Assembly: GCF_000143415.4 (NCBI RefSeq)
Contig: NW_003314293.1
Span: 1,136,431 to 1,200,430, forward strand
Reading direction: 5' to 3'
DNA: 64,000 nucleotides
Origin: Selaginella moellendorffii
Taxonomy: Eukaryota; Plantae; Lycopodiophyta
Below, in pieces: positions 37,305-50,210 of this stretch (position 1 is the stretch's first letter; every line of letters begins with the position of its first letter). Made by a program: the position numbers and the translations under genes. Under the pieces are notes generated by a model that saw only the letters and a program-made list of their open reading frames with translations, was not told the DNA's origin and searched no databases.

Positions 37305-39914
37305 TATTCCTTTACTAAGTTTCTAATGTATTTTATTTCAAGGTGAACAATCCGAATCTGAATCAGAGGAGGCGTGATGGCATGTGGCCTGAGATGATGT
37401 GACATATGCATTTACCAATCACACGTGCATAAATCTAATAATATGGCGTGCGGCCCATATTAATGGCACATAAACCCATATTGTGGGCTTACGTGCTTTA
37501 TGTACCATCATTCCCTTGCAGCGTGTGTGTTGGTTTCCTTTTATAACACAACGAACTCCATATTTTAGGGTGAAGAGCGTTCTCATGGCAAGCACAAAAT
37601 CTGTAAGTGAGGCAGAAAAGGAGACGGAGAAGGAGATAGGTGAAGATGTAGAATATATAAGTCTTCCAAACTCCCCGTACTATACTCCAGGTGATCATTT
37701 TTCTGAACAAACGACAACATTAACAACTATTGAGAACGCCCCAGTAACGTCAGAGACAACAATCCAAAGCAAAACAACTGACCCGGAGAAGGATGATAGT
37801 ACCGCTGAGAGTACCAAAAAGGAGGTGTTCACTAGCGCTTAGGCTTATAATGGCGTGTGCCCTCATGCCATTTACTTGATCACCAAATACCTTTTTCCCT
37901 TTGCACTAGTATATCTTAATACCGGTTTGAGAAATAGAATGGCATGTGCCCTCAGGCCTTTTACTAAATCACCTTTGAAAGAAATGCAAGCCTCTATGTC
38001 GTAAAAAAAAGGTACTAGAGAAATTCCTTAATAATATGAATGTTATTTAGTTTCATGAAAATACACTAAGGGTCAAATGAGTTAAATGACTTCTCCAGAC
38101 TAGCAATGCCTCTTGCTACACCTTCACAATTAGATTCGTTAGAAAAAGATAACATTGAATAATATCTAAATGTTCTCACCATTAAGTGATATGTCTGGCT
38201 AATAGGAATGACGTTCATCTTGGAAAGCTCACCACACGCTCAATGAACAAACAAATAGTGTGTGCGCGCATGCCATCGCTCTTCTTTAGCTTCAGATTCG
38301 GCTTGTTCACCTTGACAATGAGATTTATTATACAACCAGATGGACTCAGTCTGGACATAAAGTCACCACGCTAGTCACCATGCCCCAGATATGTCTAGCC
38401 CCTGGACAAAAAACATATAATTTCACGTCATTTTCAAATACTTGAAAATTTGTATCTAGTCCCATTTTACTGAATAAATCCCACTTTAACGAAATAGAGC
38501 ATCTAGAGACTATTACAGTGAACAAAACTCCAAATGACATGATTTACAATATTGCAAAAACAAAACTTCCATATAAACAATACATAGAGACTCTAGAGTT
38601 CCTTAATGTTTACTTGATGAACAAAGAGAAAGGATTACCAGAATTATTTGAGAACATGATACAAAGGGCTGTCTACATCATGCAAACTATAAGTGAAGGT
38701 GAGAAGTTCTTGGCACCGCACATTGGTGATGATCCAGATGGTGCATTCATGTCTTTCAACACCTACACTAACACATCTTTGGAAGGGATTAAAGAGGGGT
38801 GGCTGCCAGAGAAGTCTACAAGCATAACAACTTATGATTGCTAACATGATCAACTTTATTTCATGCGACATGCAACTTACAGATATAACATGATTTTTAA
38901 GACTTTTTAAAATAAATATTATTTACAGGTATTTTTGATATAAAGACATGCCATTTGAGGCACCAGTTTGCACTCGACTTGTTGCAAAGGGTGTTATGGA
39001 TGGAGGAATGTACCCAACAATGTTTGCGAGAATTCCAAAGGCATGGAAGATAAAATGCCCTTAGGAGTTGGAGCTTCTAGGGAAGGAGACCTTTACACTA
39101 GACTAAGTGGAAGTTTTGGTTTTGCTGGCAATGATGGCAATGCAAGTGATGATGGAGATGAGGATGAGGAAGTGTCACAAATGTGACTTTAGGTATCAAA
39201 AGTTACCTATCAGCCAGTCGTTATGGACACTCTTTCTTTACTGCCATGATGGCAGGAGGTCGGTATTGCTGGACCCTTTATCAGTCCCTCTTGTGCTAGT
39301 GGAGTTAACTGGGCATTTCGAGTGTACTTAGACCGAATGAGCATAAGGACAGAATTCCTATATGTTATTAGCTAAACATACTTAGCCCGGTAAGGAGTTC
39401 TCGTCTCGTTATGTCTTGCACTGTCGCAAATGTAACTTCAGGTATCGGAAGTTACCTGTCGGCCAGTCCTTACGAACACTCTTTCCTTACTGCCATGACG
39501 GCAAAAGGTTGGTATTGTTGGACTCGTTATCAGTCTCCGCCTAAGCTAGTTGAGAAACTGGTCATCACATGTGCACTTAGACCGGAAGGGCACTAAGGAA
39601 GGAAATCCTACGTTGTCATTTAGTCAAGCATACTTGGCACGGTGAAGAGTTGACTTGCACTTGCTAGTGTTGGGAACCCCTGCGATATTGAGCTTGGTCC
39701 CTCAATATTGCTAGATGATAACTTACCGTGTCTGCCAAACACCCTCGCTATCATACCCTTTGTGTTAGTCTCATTTCGGTCCTAAATGCCATTTATGGAA
39801 AGTGTCTAGATTTGCTCATTTGGCATATCTACGGAATGTAGAGATTGGTTTGAACACAATGGTGTTCGTCCCGTATCCAAATTCACAATCTAGCACCATT
39901 CCATATTTAGTAAG

Positions 39915-40014
39915 NNNNNNNNNNNNNNNNNNNNNNNNNNNNNNNNNNNNNNNNNNNNNNNNNNNNNNNNNNNNNNNNNNNNNNNNNNNNNNNNNNNNNN
40001 NNNNNNNNNNNNNN
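39915..40014. other. Assembly gap (100 N)
   Basis: Run of n; adjacency across it is not guaranteed. Confidence 1.
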
Positions 40015-41160
40015 GAAAGGGGGGGGGGAGAGAAAGAAAAAGAGAGGAGTTGTAAAAAAAGACTGGGGGGGGGGGGGGGGGTTGTGGGGGGTTCCAAACT
40101 GTATAGTAGGGATAGTGGGTGGCCGACCAACCTGAAGCATAGTCTAGCTCCCGCTTGCGTGCCTGTCCTTGTTCTGCGTCTGGCTTGAGTTTAAGCCCAA
40201 GCTCCACACGATACTAGCAAGTGGAGTACCCATGTCCTCGCGTTAAACCACCGGTATGCTGAAATAGCACCAGACTCCATTTGGCTCCGTTTTGGGTGCT
40301 GGTCCTGGCATTGGGATGCTAGTTACTCTAGGACTGTTCCAAGTCGCTCCGGCTCCTGTCCCTTTGCTCCTCCGGCTGTATGCTGGGGAGTTGCTCCGTG
40401 GTTCAGTTCCATCACTCCTCGGTTCCATGCTTGGGAGTTTGGCACCGTTCCTTCGTTTAGTGGCCCAAGGCTCTGAAACTCGAGTTCCACACCACTGTCC
40501 TTTGGACATGTGGCATATGACACGTGGCACATGAAGGGTTTAGGTTCCGCTTCGTAATTATCCTATGGTAAATCATTATAGGATAAAGGGTAAAAACCAC
40601 GTGCACTACATTTGGTATCAGAGAATAAGTCTCGGCAAATACTATCCAATGAGATTAGGTAACTAGTCTCGTTGCATACGCAGAGTTGAAAATGATGATC
40701 CGAGTGGGTACACGTTTGGGTGCTAAGACTTCGCAATCGTTCCTTGGGTATGGATTTGGTTACCGTTTTGTACCGTATTATATGAGCTTGCTCTTGGGCT
40801 CATAGGAAGGATTGAGTTGTTTTAGTAGCACGAGTTTGCGCTTGGGCTCATGAGTGAAGCGCATTAGCAACTCAAGGTTACACTTTGAGTTGGCAGGATT
40901 AATGTTAGCTTATCGGTGGTTCCATGAGTTGTTCCATGTACCGTAGGTGAAAGTAAACTTTCCCTGGGTTTGCTATGAGTTGCAAATGGGCTAGTCCATA
41001 ACTGTTTAGCACGGCACTAATGGATCCTTCCTAGGCAAGACTACAAGTGGATCAATCAAGACTGTAGGGATTAGTCTATTGATTCAAGTAGTTATTGTCG
41101 TGCTCTCTCATAAACGTTTCTTGGATTGGACTGAAGGCAGTGTGAACGCAAGCTTGAGGT

Positions 41161-41879
41161 TGTAGCACATGTGATCATGGGATGAAATTTGGATATATTG
41201 TCACCGTGGATCCTTGGAACCTTGGGGGATAAATGGGGATAAAATAGCCACTAAGGGCTCTCTCATCAAGCAATTGCCCCTTTTCCAGTTGGCTTAAGGG
41301 GAGAGAGATAAGGTGCGCTACAGTTGGTATCAGAGCAAATGGCACGGGTTCGATTCCCATTGATTAGTGGCTACTTAAAAATATAATATACCCTTGAGCA
41401 AGGTATATTTCTACCCCTAAATCTGAAATCGTATGTATTGGGCATCCATGCGTACGTCCTTCCTTTTGTGTGGAGTATCCACGGACGAAGGTATCCACTG
41501 TGGGACTGCGGTACGGATGGATGACTAGTTGCCTCACATGGAATAGTTGGTCTATACAATGGAAGGATTGGTAGATTCAGTGCGGAAATGGAGGTGCTGG
41601 TTCCCCTTGGCTCAGTAGGGGTTGTTAGTCAATAGTCAATGAGGACATTGACATCTCTGAAGGGGGGGTGAGTGTAGTGCATGTGATCATGGGATGAAAT
41701 TTGGATATACTGTCACCGTGGTTGCATGTGATCATGGGATGAAATTTGGATATACTATCACCGTGGATCCTTGGAACCTTGGGGGATAAATGGGGATAAA
41801 ATAGCCACTAAGGGCTCTCTCATCAAGCAATTGCCCTTTTTCCAGTTGGCTTAAGGGGAGAGAGAGAAAGTGCGCTACA
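41161..41879 (+). mobile_element. Complete TRIM (719 bp)
   Basis: LTRs at 41161-41322 and 41673-41879 (TG...CA; the 3' LTR has a short internal tandem duplication). PBS TGGTATCAGAGC at 41325, PPT gaagggggggtgag, and 5-bp TSD GAGGT at 41156-41160 and 41880-41884. Confidence 0.93.
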
Positions 41880-44800
41880 GAGGTTTAGTCAAAACATGAG
41901 ACCGAAAAGAGAGTCATCAGGGACGAAGGATCAAACACGTAAATCATTTTCTCTTCTTGGAGAGATGATTTGCAACGAGGTGTGACTCATTGCTCGTGTT
42001 CACAATATGCAATCAAGAGTCCCTACCTTGATGCATATTGGAAATGGTGGTCTTACAAATGGTGAGTTATGGGATGGATAGCAGTGAAGTGCAAAACCAT
42101 TTTGTCTAAGCTTTATTGGAAGACTTAGGTTGCAATGCTCAATTCTTTTCCGGGGAACTTTGCTATTGCTCCTTGAGTAGCTTGGTGTTGGATTAGTGTT
42201 GAGTTTGGTCGGAAAGAGAGTGGCATGAGCTTGTCTGTATTGTGAACAAAAGTTAGTGGTGTCGGGTGTTGTAAATCTTTATCGGTGGGGTGTGGCATTT
42301 ATGTTGCATTTTGTCGAATCGAGTTGACACTTGATATTCACATAAACCTTTGAAGTAATGACATGGGCATTGCTCATAGTGTTACTTGACTGATGATCAA
42401 GTCATTGTGATACTTATATTATATCAATGTATAATGAGCAATGTGTTTACGAAGTTGCTTGGTTAAATGATGATCAACCCCAAAGTGGTTGATAGAGAAG
42501 CTAGTTTACTTGCACGAAGTAACATTAAGGTAGCTTTAACTGGATTCTCAGTGATGGTCCATTATACTATGCTTATGTTGGTACTTTGTTTCCTTGAGTT
42601 TGCCCATTAGGTGTTGGAAAAGGGTTATAGCATTCACTTGCTATGACTTGTCGATTGATCCATTAGCACTTGGAGTAGATTATTGGATGGAGAAGATGTG
42701 TAGTTGGGGCATTGACATCACTAACACTTGTGTTAGTGAAAGTGGTATTGTTATTTCAAGTGATGAGGAATTTTCCTTGGACCTTGATTTTCTATGTCAT
42801 TTTTCTTGTTAGTGTTTTGGCTTCACATTGGATCTTGAAGGTGGTTGAAGAAGAGTGTTAGTGCAATGTGGATGTCCGAAGATATGGTCTTCATGGTCAA
42901 GCCTTGGATGTTCATTTTGCAATTTGCGGATTCAGTATCGGAAAAATGGGCAAAGATGTTTGATGCTTAAGTATGCTATTAGGTCATAAGAATCTATGTT
43001 GAGGTGAGCCTATATGAAGTTGTTGGTAGAAAGAAGTTAGTTGAGTCTTGAAAGTTTGCATTCCTGGACTGAAAGTCATTCTTTCTCTAGGATGGAAATT
43101 TTCCACAAATTTTCTTAGACTTTTCCAATGCCTGATCTATTGATCACTTTGCTCAAAAACCATTCCGTTTTTGTATGCCAATATAAATTAGTGAAAGGGT
43201 TGGAGTTGACTTTGGTTGGCTTACACCTTAGTAAGTAGATTGTATGATGCAGCCTGAAAGGGATGCTGACTTTTGGGGCTAAGGCAATTGAGTTGGATAG
43301 AGTCTAGAGTTGGTGTAGAAAAGTGGCCATGCACTTTTCTCAGAAAGGTGACCCTTATACCTTTCTTTTGTAAGGTTGTGCTTGGTGGAAGGTTGCACCT
43401 TGCATTACATTAGACTTTATGAGAGTAGTGAGCTCTCACTGATCTTGACTTGGTCTTGGTGGCCTTGGCTGAGGATGGTGATGTCCAACTTAGTTGTTTA
43501 AGTTGAGATGTTGGTACCTGTACTATAGCTTTGTCTATGAGGAGGTTGTGTACCAATATGAGTCCATCTCATGGTCTTCACTTTAGTTTCGACTAAGTGT
43601 TGATCGCATAGCTAGCCTCTTCAAAGGAATGCTCAGAGGTAGTGGCTAAATGTTTTAGTGAGCTTATTGTGGTTGAGTTAGATTCGAGTGGTCATTTAGT
43701 TTGTGCTTGTCTATGAACTTTTGTCTCATACCTAGGGTATCATGTTCATGTTGGACAAGTATATAACTTGATGACAAGAGTTGGTGTTTGGGTCTTGTGA
43801 AGGCAAGTTGAGGAGTGATTGTTAATTGCTTTGCGATTAGTGATTACTTGTAGACTTCCTCAAGGACTATTAACACTTGCTTTGCTCGATGATGATTTAG
43901 TAGTGATGGGCCTGCTTTACCGGATGGTGTTGCGGAGGATCGTGTTGTTAGACTTACATGAGTTTTTCATGTTGGCATGTCGACTCTACCTCTGTCAATA
44001 TCATTTGGTTACATTTAGTCCGTAGTGTTGGATTTTATTGAGTCGTGGATGTGGTGAATCACTCCTTAATGATGTTATCTGAAATTGAGTATTGCTGAAG
44101 GATTGGTCTCGGATACTAACTAAGGTATCTTCGACTTTGGTTAGCTTGGTTACTGGAGAGCTTTGGGTGGTGATTCACTCTTGCTTTCTTTTAGCTTTGT
44201 TTTGATGTTGATGGCATTGAAGTGATGCTCTATCATTGATATTATGGGTATTGGGATTCATGTGAAATGAGATGTCTTTCTATAGGATTGATATTGAGTT
44301 TCATTAGTCTTGATGCAAATAGTGTTAATGATTTGGTTATAGCTTTATGTTATTAACATTTGTGCATTTGCTAGTTAGCAATTATATTGACGTTCAAACG
44401 AACTGAATGGCAAGTCGAGTTAGTTATGTTCTAAACAAGATTATTTAGTAGGGGTTGAACGTTGGTTTTTCCTTGAAAAGTGATTTAGTCGTGGACAATG
44501 CTACCTCTATGAGAGGAAGAGTTAGTGATTGGTATTGAAGTGATTGAATCCTTATTGGATTTCAATTGGGATATATCAATCATTGATGATTCTTCTTGTG
44601 TTTGTTATGAAGTGAGTTACGTCTCGCTATAGATGGATTTATGGAGGATCATTTAGTGATCACTTGTTGAGCATAGCTCCATTGTGCTTAACTTTTGGAT
44701 AGATGTAGAAATGCTCTTCATTAGCTTTGGCATTATGAAGTTTGGCTTATGGATGTGCTGAGGAAGATTTGCTGCACCATGATTTCTTCTTTAGCATTAA

Positions 44801-47210
44801 AGTTAGCTTCTATGAGACTCATGATCATAGAAGCTATCTTGGCTATAAGCTTTTTCGAGCTTTTGGTTCTTTGAGTTTTGTGCTCAGAGTTCCATTTGTT
44901 AGAAGTTGTTGGGGAAGGCATTTTGGCTCTTACCTTCGATGTTGAAGTTAGTATTTGCATCTAGCAATCATTGGTGATGATTGACTATCATCTAAGATAA
45001 TTGATTATCCTTATCGAAGGTTTTGCTTGATTATTGTTGATCTAGAATGATTTGTTATTCTTCGGCATGGTGAATTCTTTATTAGACGATGATTTTGTAT
45101 CTCCTTATTAATGGGATGATTGATGATCTTTCATGATGGTTAGTTGTTCTCTTTGATAGTTTATGGCTTTTTGCAATACTACATGTTCTTTGTGGTTTGC
45201 TCTAGATTGGTCTCTTAGGTTTGAGACATCAATAGGATATTACTGATGCTTACTTGAGCAACTCTGGTTCCTTGGTATTATTGACCAAGATCTATTCAGA
45301 TTGGCTAGTGTGATAGTTGGCATGAATGAGTGTTTCTTGGTCTTACCACATTTATTCTATTCTGTTTATTATTGCTTAAGTTAGTTCTTGTAGATTGGGA
45401 TGTTATCTCCTTCGAGTGATACATTTGCGAGCATTTTTACTTGTCAGTCAATGGTACTTTGTGTTCTCTGAGTTCTCTTTGGTAAGTTGTTTGGCATACT
45501 AGATGCAATCTTTGATAGTTAAGTTTTATCATTGATTTTTCTTGATGATAGTTTGGCTATTGAATTTTATTTAATGGTGAATCCTATGTTTTCCAATGAT
45601 AGTGATCTTGGTGGTTCCTATACTCACATACTGGTTTATCGGATGATAACTTACTTGGAATACTTTTGTGTTCTAATCTAAGATATATTCACTGATAATT
45701 AAGACTCTAAGATATCATTGTCTATGACTTTGATATTATCCATTTATTGATCTTTGAGTTTGGGCTAGTATAGGCAGATTGGCTTCGACACTTTGTGTGC
45801 ATAGTGAAATCTTTAGTCATGGGGTAGCTACTGTCAACTGGTCACATCACACACCTCTCTGTCGATGTTCCTTATTCCGTTCAAAGGGCGTGACCGTGTA
45901 AACAACTCTAACTACCTGTTTACAGTTTTCTATCTAAACCTTAAAGATGGGTTTGGTTTCTTTGCTCATGAGGGTTGGGGCCTCTAGCTATTCTCTCTAT
46001 GCACCTACGGGCAGGGGCACTTCCAAAGCAACAAGGGTGGCTAACTCTGTTAGTCATTTCCTTGTCGGCGATGGTCGGAAGGTGTCTGAGTTGGTAGCGC
46101 ATCCGCATTAGATAAAGAGGTTACCCCTAACTCATATAAGTTAGTGCATTTCTCATATAGTGTGAGTACCGTGAACTTTTTCTGGAGTTGTTTCCTTGGC
46201 GGTATTCTAGATTGGAGTATGCATCGATGAGGACGTCGATCTTCCCTAAGGGGGGAGAGTGTTGCAAATGTGACTATGTTGTCATTTAGTCAAGCATACT
46301 TGGCACAGTGATGAGAAACTCATGTTGTTGACTTGCACTTGCTAGTGTTGGGAACCTCTATGATATTGAGCTTGGTCCCTCAATATCGCTAGATGATAGC
46401 TTACCGTGTCTGCCAAACACCCTCGCTATCATACCCTTTGTGTTAGTCTCGTTTCAGTCCCAAATGCTATTTATGGAAAGTGTTTAGATTTTCTCATTTG
46501 GCATATCTATAGAATGTAGAGATTGGCCTTAACACAATGGTGTTCATCCCATGTCCAAATTCGCAATCTAACGCCATTCCATATTTAGTAAGTTTCGAGC
46601 TTGTCCCAGAGACTAATTCCCGATACTAAAGGAGGCTTGGGGTGAAAGCCCAAAGCGTGTGTTCCTCAAGGGGGGGGGGGGGGGGATGTGGGGGGTTCCA
46701 AATGTATAGTAGGGATAGTGGGTAGGTTGGGCATGGCCGACTAATCTGAAGCATAGTCTAGCTCCTGCTTGTGTGCCTGTCCTTGTTCTGCATTTGGCTT
46801 GGGTCTAAAGCCAAGCTCCACACCATGCTAGTTGGTGGAGTACCCATATCCTCACGTTAGGCCACCGGTATGCTGAAATAGCGCTAGACTATATTTGGCT
46901 CCGTTTTCCATACTGGTCCTGGCATTAAGATGCTGGATACTCTAGGACTGTTCCAAGTTGCTCCAGGCTCCTGTCCCTTTGCTCCTTGGGCTGTATGCTT
47001 GGGAGTTGCTCCGTGGTTCGGTTCCGTCACTCCTCTGATACCAAATGTAGCACACGTGGTTTTTACCTTTTATTCTAAGGTGATTTACCATAGGATAACA
47101 CCACGAAGCAGAACCTAAACCCTCTTTGTGCCATGTGACAGATGCCATGTGTCACATGCCACATGTCTAATTACTAATAGCAATGAGAAATTACTATGTG
47201 AGAAATGCAA

Positions 47211-47850
47211 TGTGACGGAAATGTGACTTCGGGTATCAAAACTTACCTGTCAGCCAGTCTTTACAGACACTCTTTCTTTACTGCCATGACGGCAGGAGGT
47301 CGGTATTCCTTGACCCTTTATCAGTCCCTCTTGTGCTAGTGGATTTAACTGGGCATTTTGAGTGTAATTAGACCGGACGAGCATAAGGACGGAATTCCAA
47401 CATATTATTAGCTAAGCATACTTAGCCCGGTAAGGAGTTCCCGTCTCATTATGTCTTGCACTGGCTAGTGACAAGAACCTCGCAGATTAGTCCCTCAATA
47501 TCGCTGGATGATAGCTTACCGTGTCTGCCAAACACCCTCACTATCATGCCCTTTGTGTTAGTCTCATTTCGGTCCCAAATGCTATTTATAGAAAGTCTCT
47601 AGATTTTCTCATTTGGCATATCTACGGAATGTAAAGATTGGCCTGAACAATGGTGTTCGCTAGATTATATTTGGCTCCGTTTTCCATGCTGGTCCTGGCA
47701 TTAAGATGCTGGATACTCTAGGACTGTTCCAAGTTGCTCCGGGCTCTTGTCCCTTCGCTCCTTGGGCTGTATGCTCGGGAGTTGCTCCATGGTTCAGTTC
47801 CGTCACTCCTCTGATACCAAATGTAGTGCACGTGGTTTTTACCTTTTATG
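47211..47850 (+). mobile_element. Internally deleted LTR of the long-LTR family
   Basis: TGTGACGGAAATGTGACTTCGGGTATC start; matches 39173-39420 and 46380-47060 blockwise. Confidence 0.75.
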
Positions 47851-47879
47851 GGGAGATGGCTTGGTCAAAATCAACTCTA

Positions 47880-48600
47880 GGAATCCTGAGGTCAACCAGA
47901 AGCTCTCTTTCTAGTTTTGTGGCAAATGAAAATGCCTCGCAGCAAGACCTGAATGTCTTCTTGAGAAGTTTCCACTGCAAGTTCCCACACAGACCCGCTG
48001 TGAATGCTGTGATCCCCTGTTGCTCATTTTGGACCACTCTATGATCCCAACACTGCTTCCAATATGCTCAAAACTAGGTGATGTAGTCAGGAACAGACTC
48101 ATGAGCAAACCGAAATGAAAAGTGGTCAACAAGTAGCCGACTTGTGGGTTTTTCCTCAACGAAGCATTCTCTAAAAGAAGCAAGTAGTGTCTGGGGTCCT
48201 TTGGCAGGAGAGAATCTGCCCAAGTTGCTGCTTTGCCTTCGAGAGACTGTAAGAAGTTGTGGCACATACGATCATCATCGACGATCATATTTGTGGTGCA
48301 GTAGTAATCAAAGTGACTGATATGCAATGTTGGAGAGACTGTTCCAACACCTAAGAAGGTCAGTAGATCACTCCCCTTCTGCAGAACATGGAGCTGAGGT
48401 CAAACTAAAGGTGGCTGCACCATAGCTTGTAGATCTAAGTCACTAGAATCTGTTGAGGATGAAGAAGACTCAGCCCCAGAAAGTGCTGTGTCATATCTAA
48501 GCTGCCTTTGGATGTCAGAAAGCTTACTCCGTACCTTAGGGCCTTGAGGTATAGTAAAAGGGTGCCAATTTGTCGCACGTCTAGTTTGTACCGGCATCAA
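47880..48600 (-). pseudogene. Degenerate retrotransposon gag remnant
   Basis: DDDRMCHNFLQSLEGKAATWADSL resembles the retrotransposon gag core (L.G.A..W). An N-terminus-like MPVQTRR starts near 48597. Frameshifted. Confidence 0.5.
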
Positions 48601-48808
48601 ATACCCTAAACACTACAAATGCCCGGTCAAGGCAACTGGGTTGACAATAGCAAGAAGACTGTAGGCTAGTGCTCAAGTTGCTCAAAGTTGCTCAAGTTGC
48701 TCAAAGTTGCCCAAAATGCTTCTAACGAAGAGAAATAAAGGTGAAAATGGAAGGAGATGTAGGCCTCAAACACATGTAACCATTGACCTATAGGGTAACT
48801 GCCGGAAT

Positions 48809-48883
48809 AGCCGCTAGAGTAGCCGCTGGAGTAGCCGCTAGAGTAGCCACTGGAGGAGCCACTGGAGTAGCCGCTGGAGTAGC
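48809..48883 (+). repeat. 12-bp tandem repeat GAGTAGCCGCTR
   Basis: About 6 units are visible. Confidence 0.8.
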
Positions 48884-50210
48884 TGGTATTTGGTAACCAG
48901 TAACCAGTGACTGGGGACCTGTAACCTAGAACCAGTAACCCCCCGCTCTCGCTCCTACTTCTGTGCCTGCTACAACACCAACTCCTATCCCTGTTCCTCC
49001 TGTTCCTGTTCCTATGCTAACTCTTATTCTTGCTCCTCCTATTCATTTTCCTACGCCAACCTATTCCTTGAAGATTGCTTCGTTCCCAAAAAACTCCCAA
49101 CAAAGTTTAGCCCAAAAGAGAAAAATGAGTCCTTTGGTCTTGATCCTTCCCATTTTGACTATTTATGGGCTTGTTGGAAAGAGTTCAGCCCCATCTACCC
49201 TCTATTTCCGGGAAGAAGCTGCCTCAATATTCTCTAAAATCCATCAAGAGGTAGCCCAAAACACCAATATTGTGGAAAAACATGTGCATGTCACTGATGT
49301 CAAACGGTACTAAGGTGCTGTTGGTATTTTCAAAAAGCCTAGGACCAAGAACACCTCTAGAAACAAATGGCATCCAAAACAAAGCCCGGAGGAGCATGAA
49401 TTCCTGCTACAAAGATGACCCAATCTAGCCAGAGAAGAAAATCCTTTTGCATGCTGCCAATTTGGCCAAATCTAGTGCCACTATCACCACTACTCGTAGA
49501 TCCAGGCCAAATCTACAAGCCTAAATGCACTACTTTGAGAAATTGGGCCGAGAATCTAGGCGAGAAAGTGAAAACCAAACTATTCCTCAAACCCAGCCAA
49601 GAAACGTTGTATCTCTTCAAATATTGCATGGCTTAATGAATGCCATACCTTAATGAAAAGAAGAGCTCTAGACCTATCCAACACACCCAAAATCAAACAA
49701 AACCACCACAAGATGAACAAGGAATTCCTTCCTTGTAAGCAACCAAAGGGAACAACTTGAGAGACGGTCTATAGGGGTTCAAATATAGAGGGAAAGGGCC
49801 CATGAATAAGAGTGCACCCCTTTTTTCAATCGGTTAAGGGTCTTGGGATACTTGGAGTTAAGTGTCCTTGGGTTTGAACATGACTAGTAGAAACTTCATT
49901 GGATACTTGAGATGAATCTCCACTCAATCGGCCAAGCCCACAGCGATCAAGGCGGCTGCCTATTCCTGAAGACCGAGACCATTGAAGTTGGCCTCGGTGC
50001 TTCCTCTAAAATAAAAAGCAAAAATATTAAAACATCTAACTTGTAATGTAAAGCAAACCTGTGGCATTTTAAGTTCAAGTCCCTTGTTAGAAGTTTTAGG
50101 CAGTCAAGCTTGATTTATATCTGCTCTCACAAGAAAAGTTTGTAAATAAAAGATGTGAAAAATTGATTGTAAACTACAAGAAATGCAAAGGAAAAAAACA
50201 CAAGTCACTA

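Larger units (their letters stand above)
25360..38502 (+). mobile_element. Large Sola1-like TIR DNA transposon, copy 2 (13,143 bp), inverted relative to copy 1
   Basis: TIR AAGCTCTATTTCGTTAAAGTGGGA at 25360 and TCCCACTTTAACGAAATAGAGCAT ending at 38502. 4-bp TSD CTAG at 25356-25359 and 38503-38506. Confidence 0.92.
23621..39150 (+). pseudogene. Pro-rich, ParB-like-motif gene remnant (probably a TE accessory gene); pieces at ~23621-25359 and 38507-~39150, split by transposon copy 2
   Basis: From 24707 it reads TMFQIINGNH*YRAQIKCIDNHFYDDPV*H (GNH[R] ParB-like motif). The frame LKEWLE|TITVNKTPND rejoins across the CTAG TSD. Multiple stops. Confidence 0.5.
39173..47168 (+). mobile_element. Long-LTR non-autonomous (LARD-like) retroelement, copy A, with nested LTR starts
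   Basis: LTR starts TGTCACAAATGTGAC (39173) and TGTCGCAAATG (39422). LTR end ...GCACTACA at 40610, then tRNA-Met PBS TGGTATCAGAG at 40613. About 5.6 kb of internal sequence with no long ORF. PPT cctaagggggagag precedes the 3' LTR from 46260. Spans an assembly gap. Confidence 0.75.

Noticed and set aside
25360-38502. Inverted duplicate as an assembly artefact
   Set aside because: The copies have different TSDs and flanks, plus private deletions and substitutions.
38503-38506. Helitron CTAG 3' end
   Set aside because: CTAG is duplicated on both sides of a TIR element, and no Rep/helicase is present.
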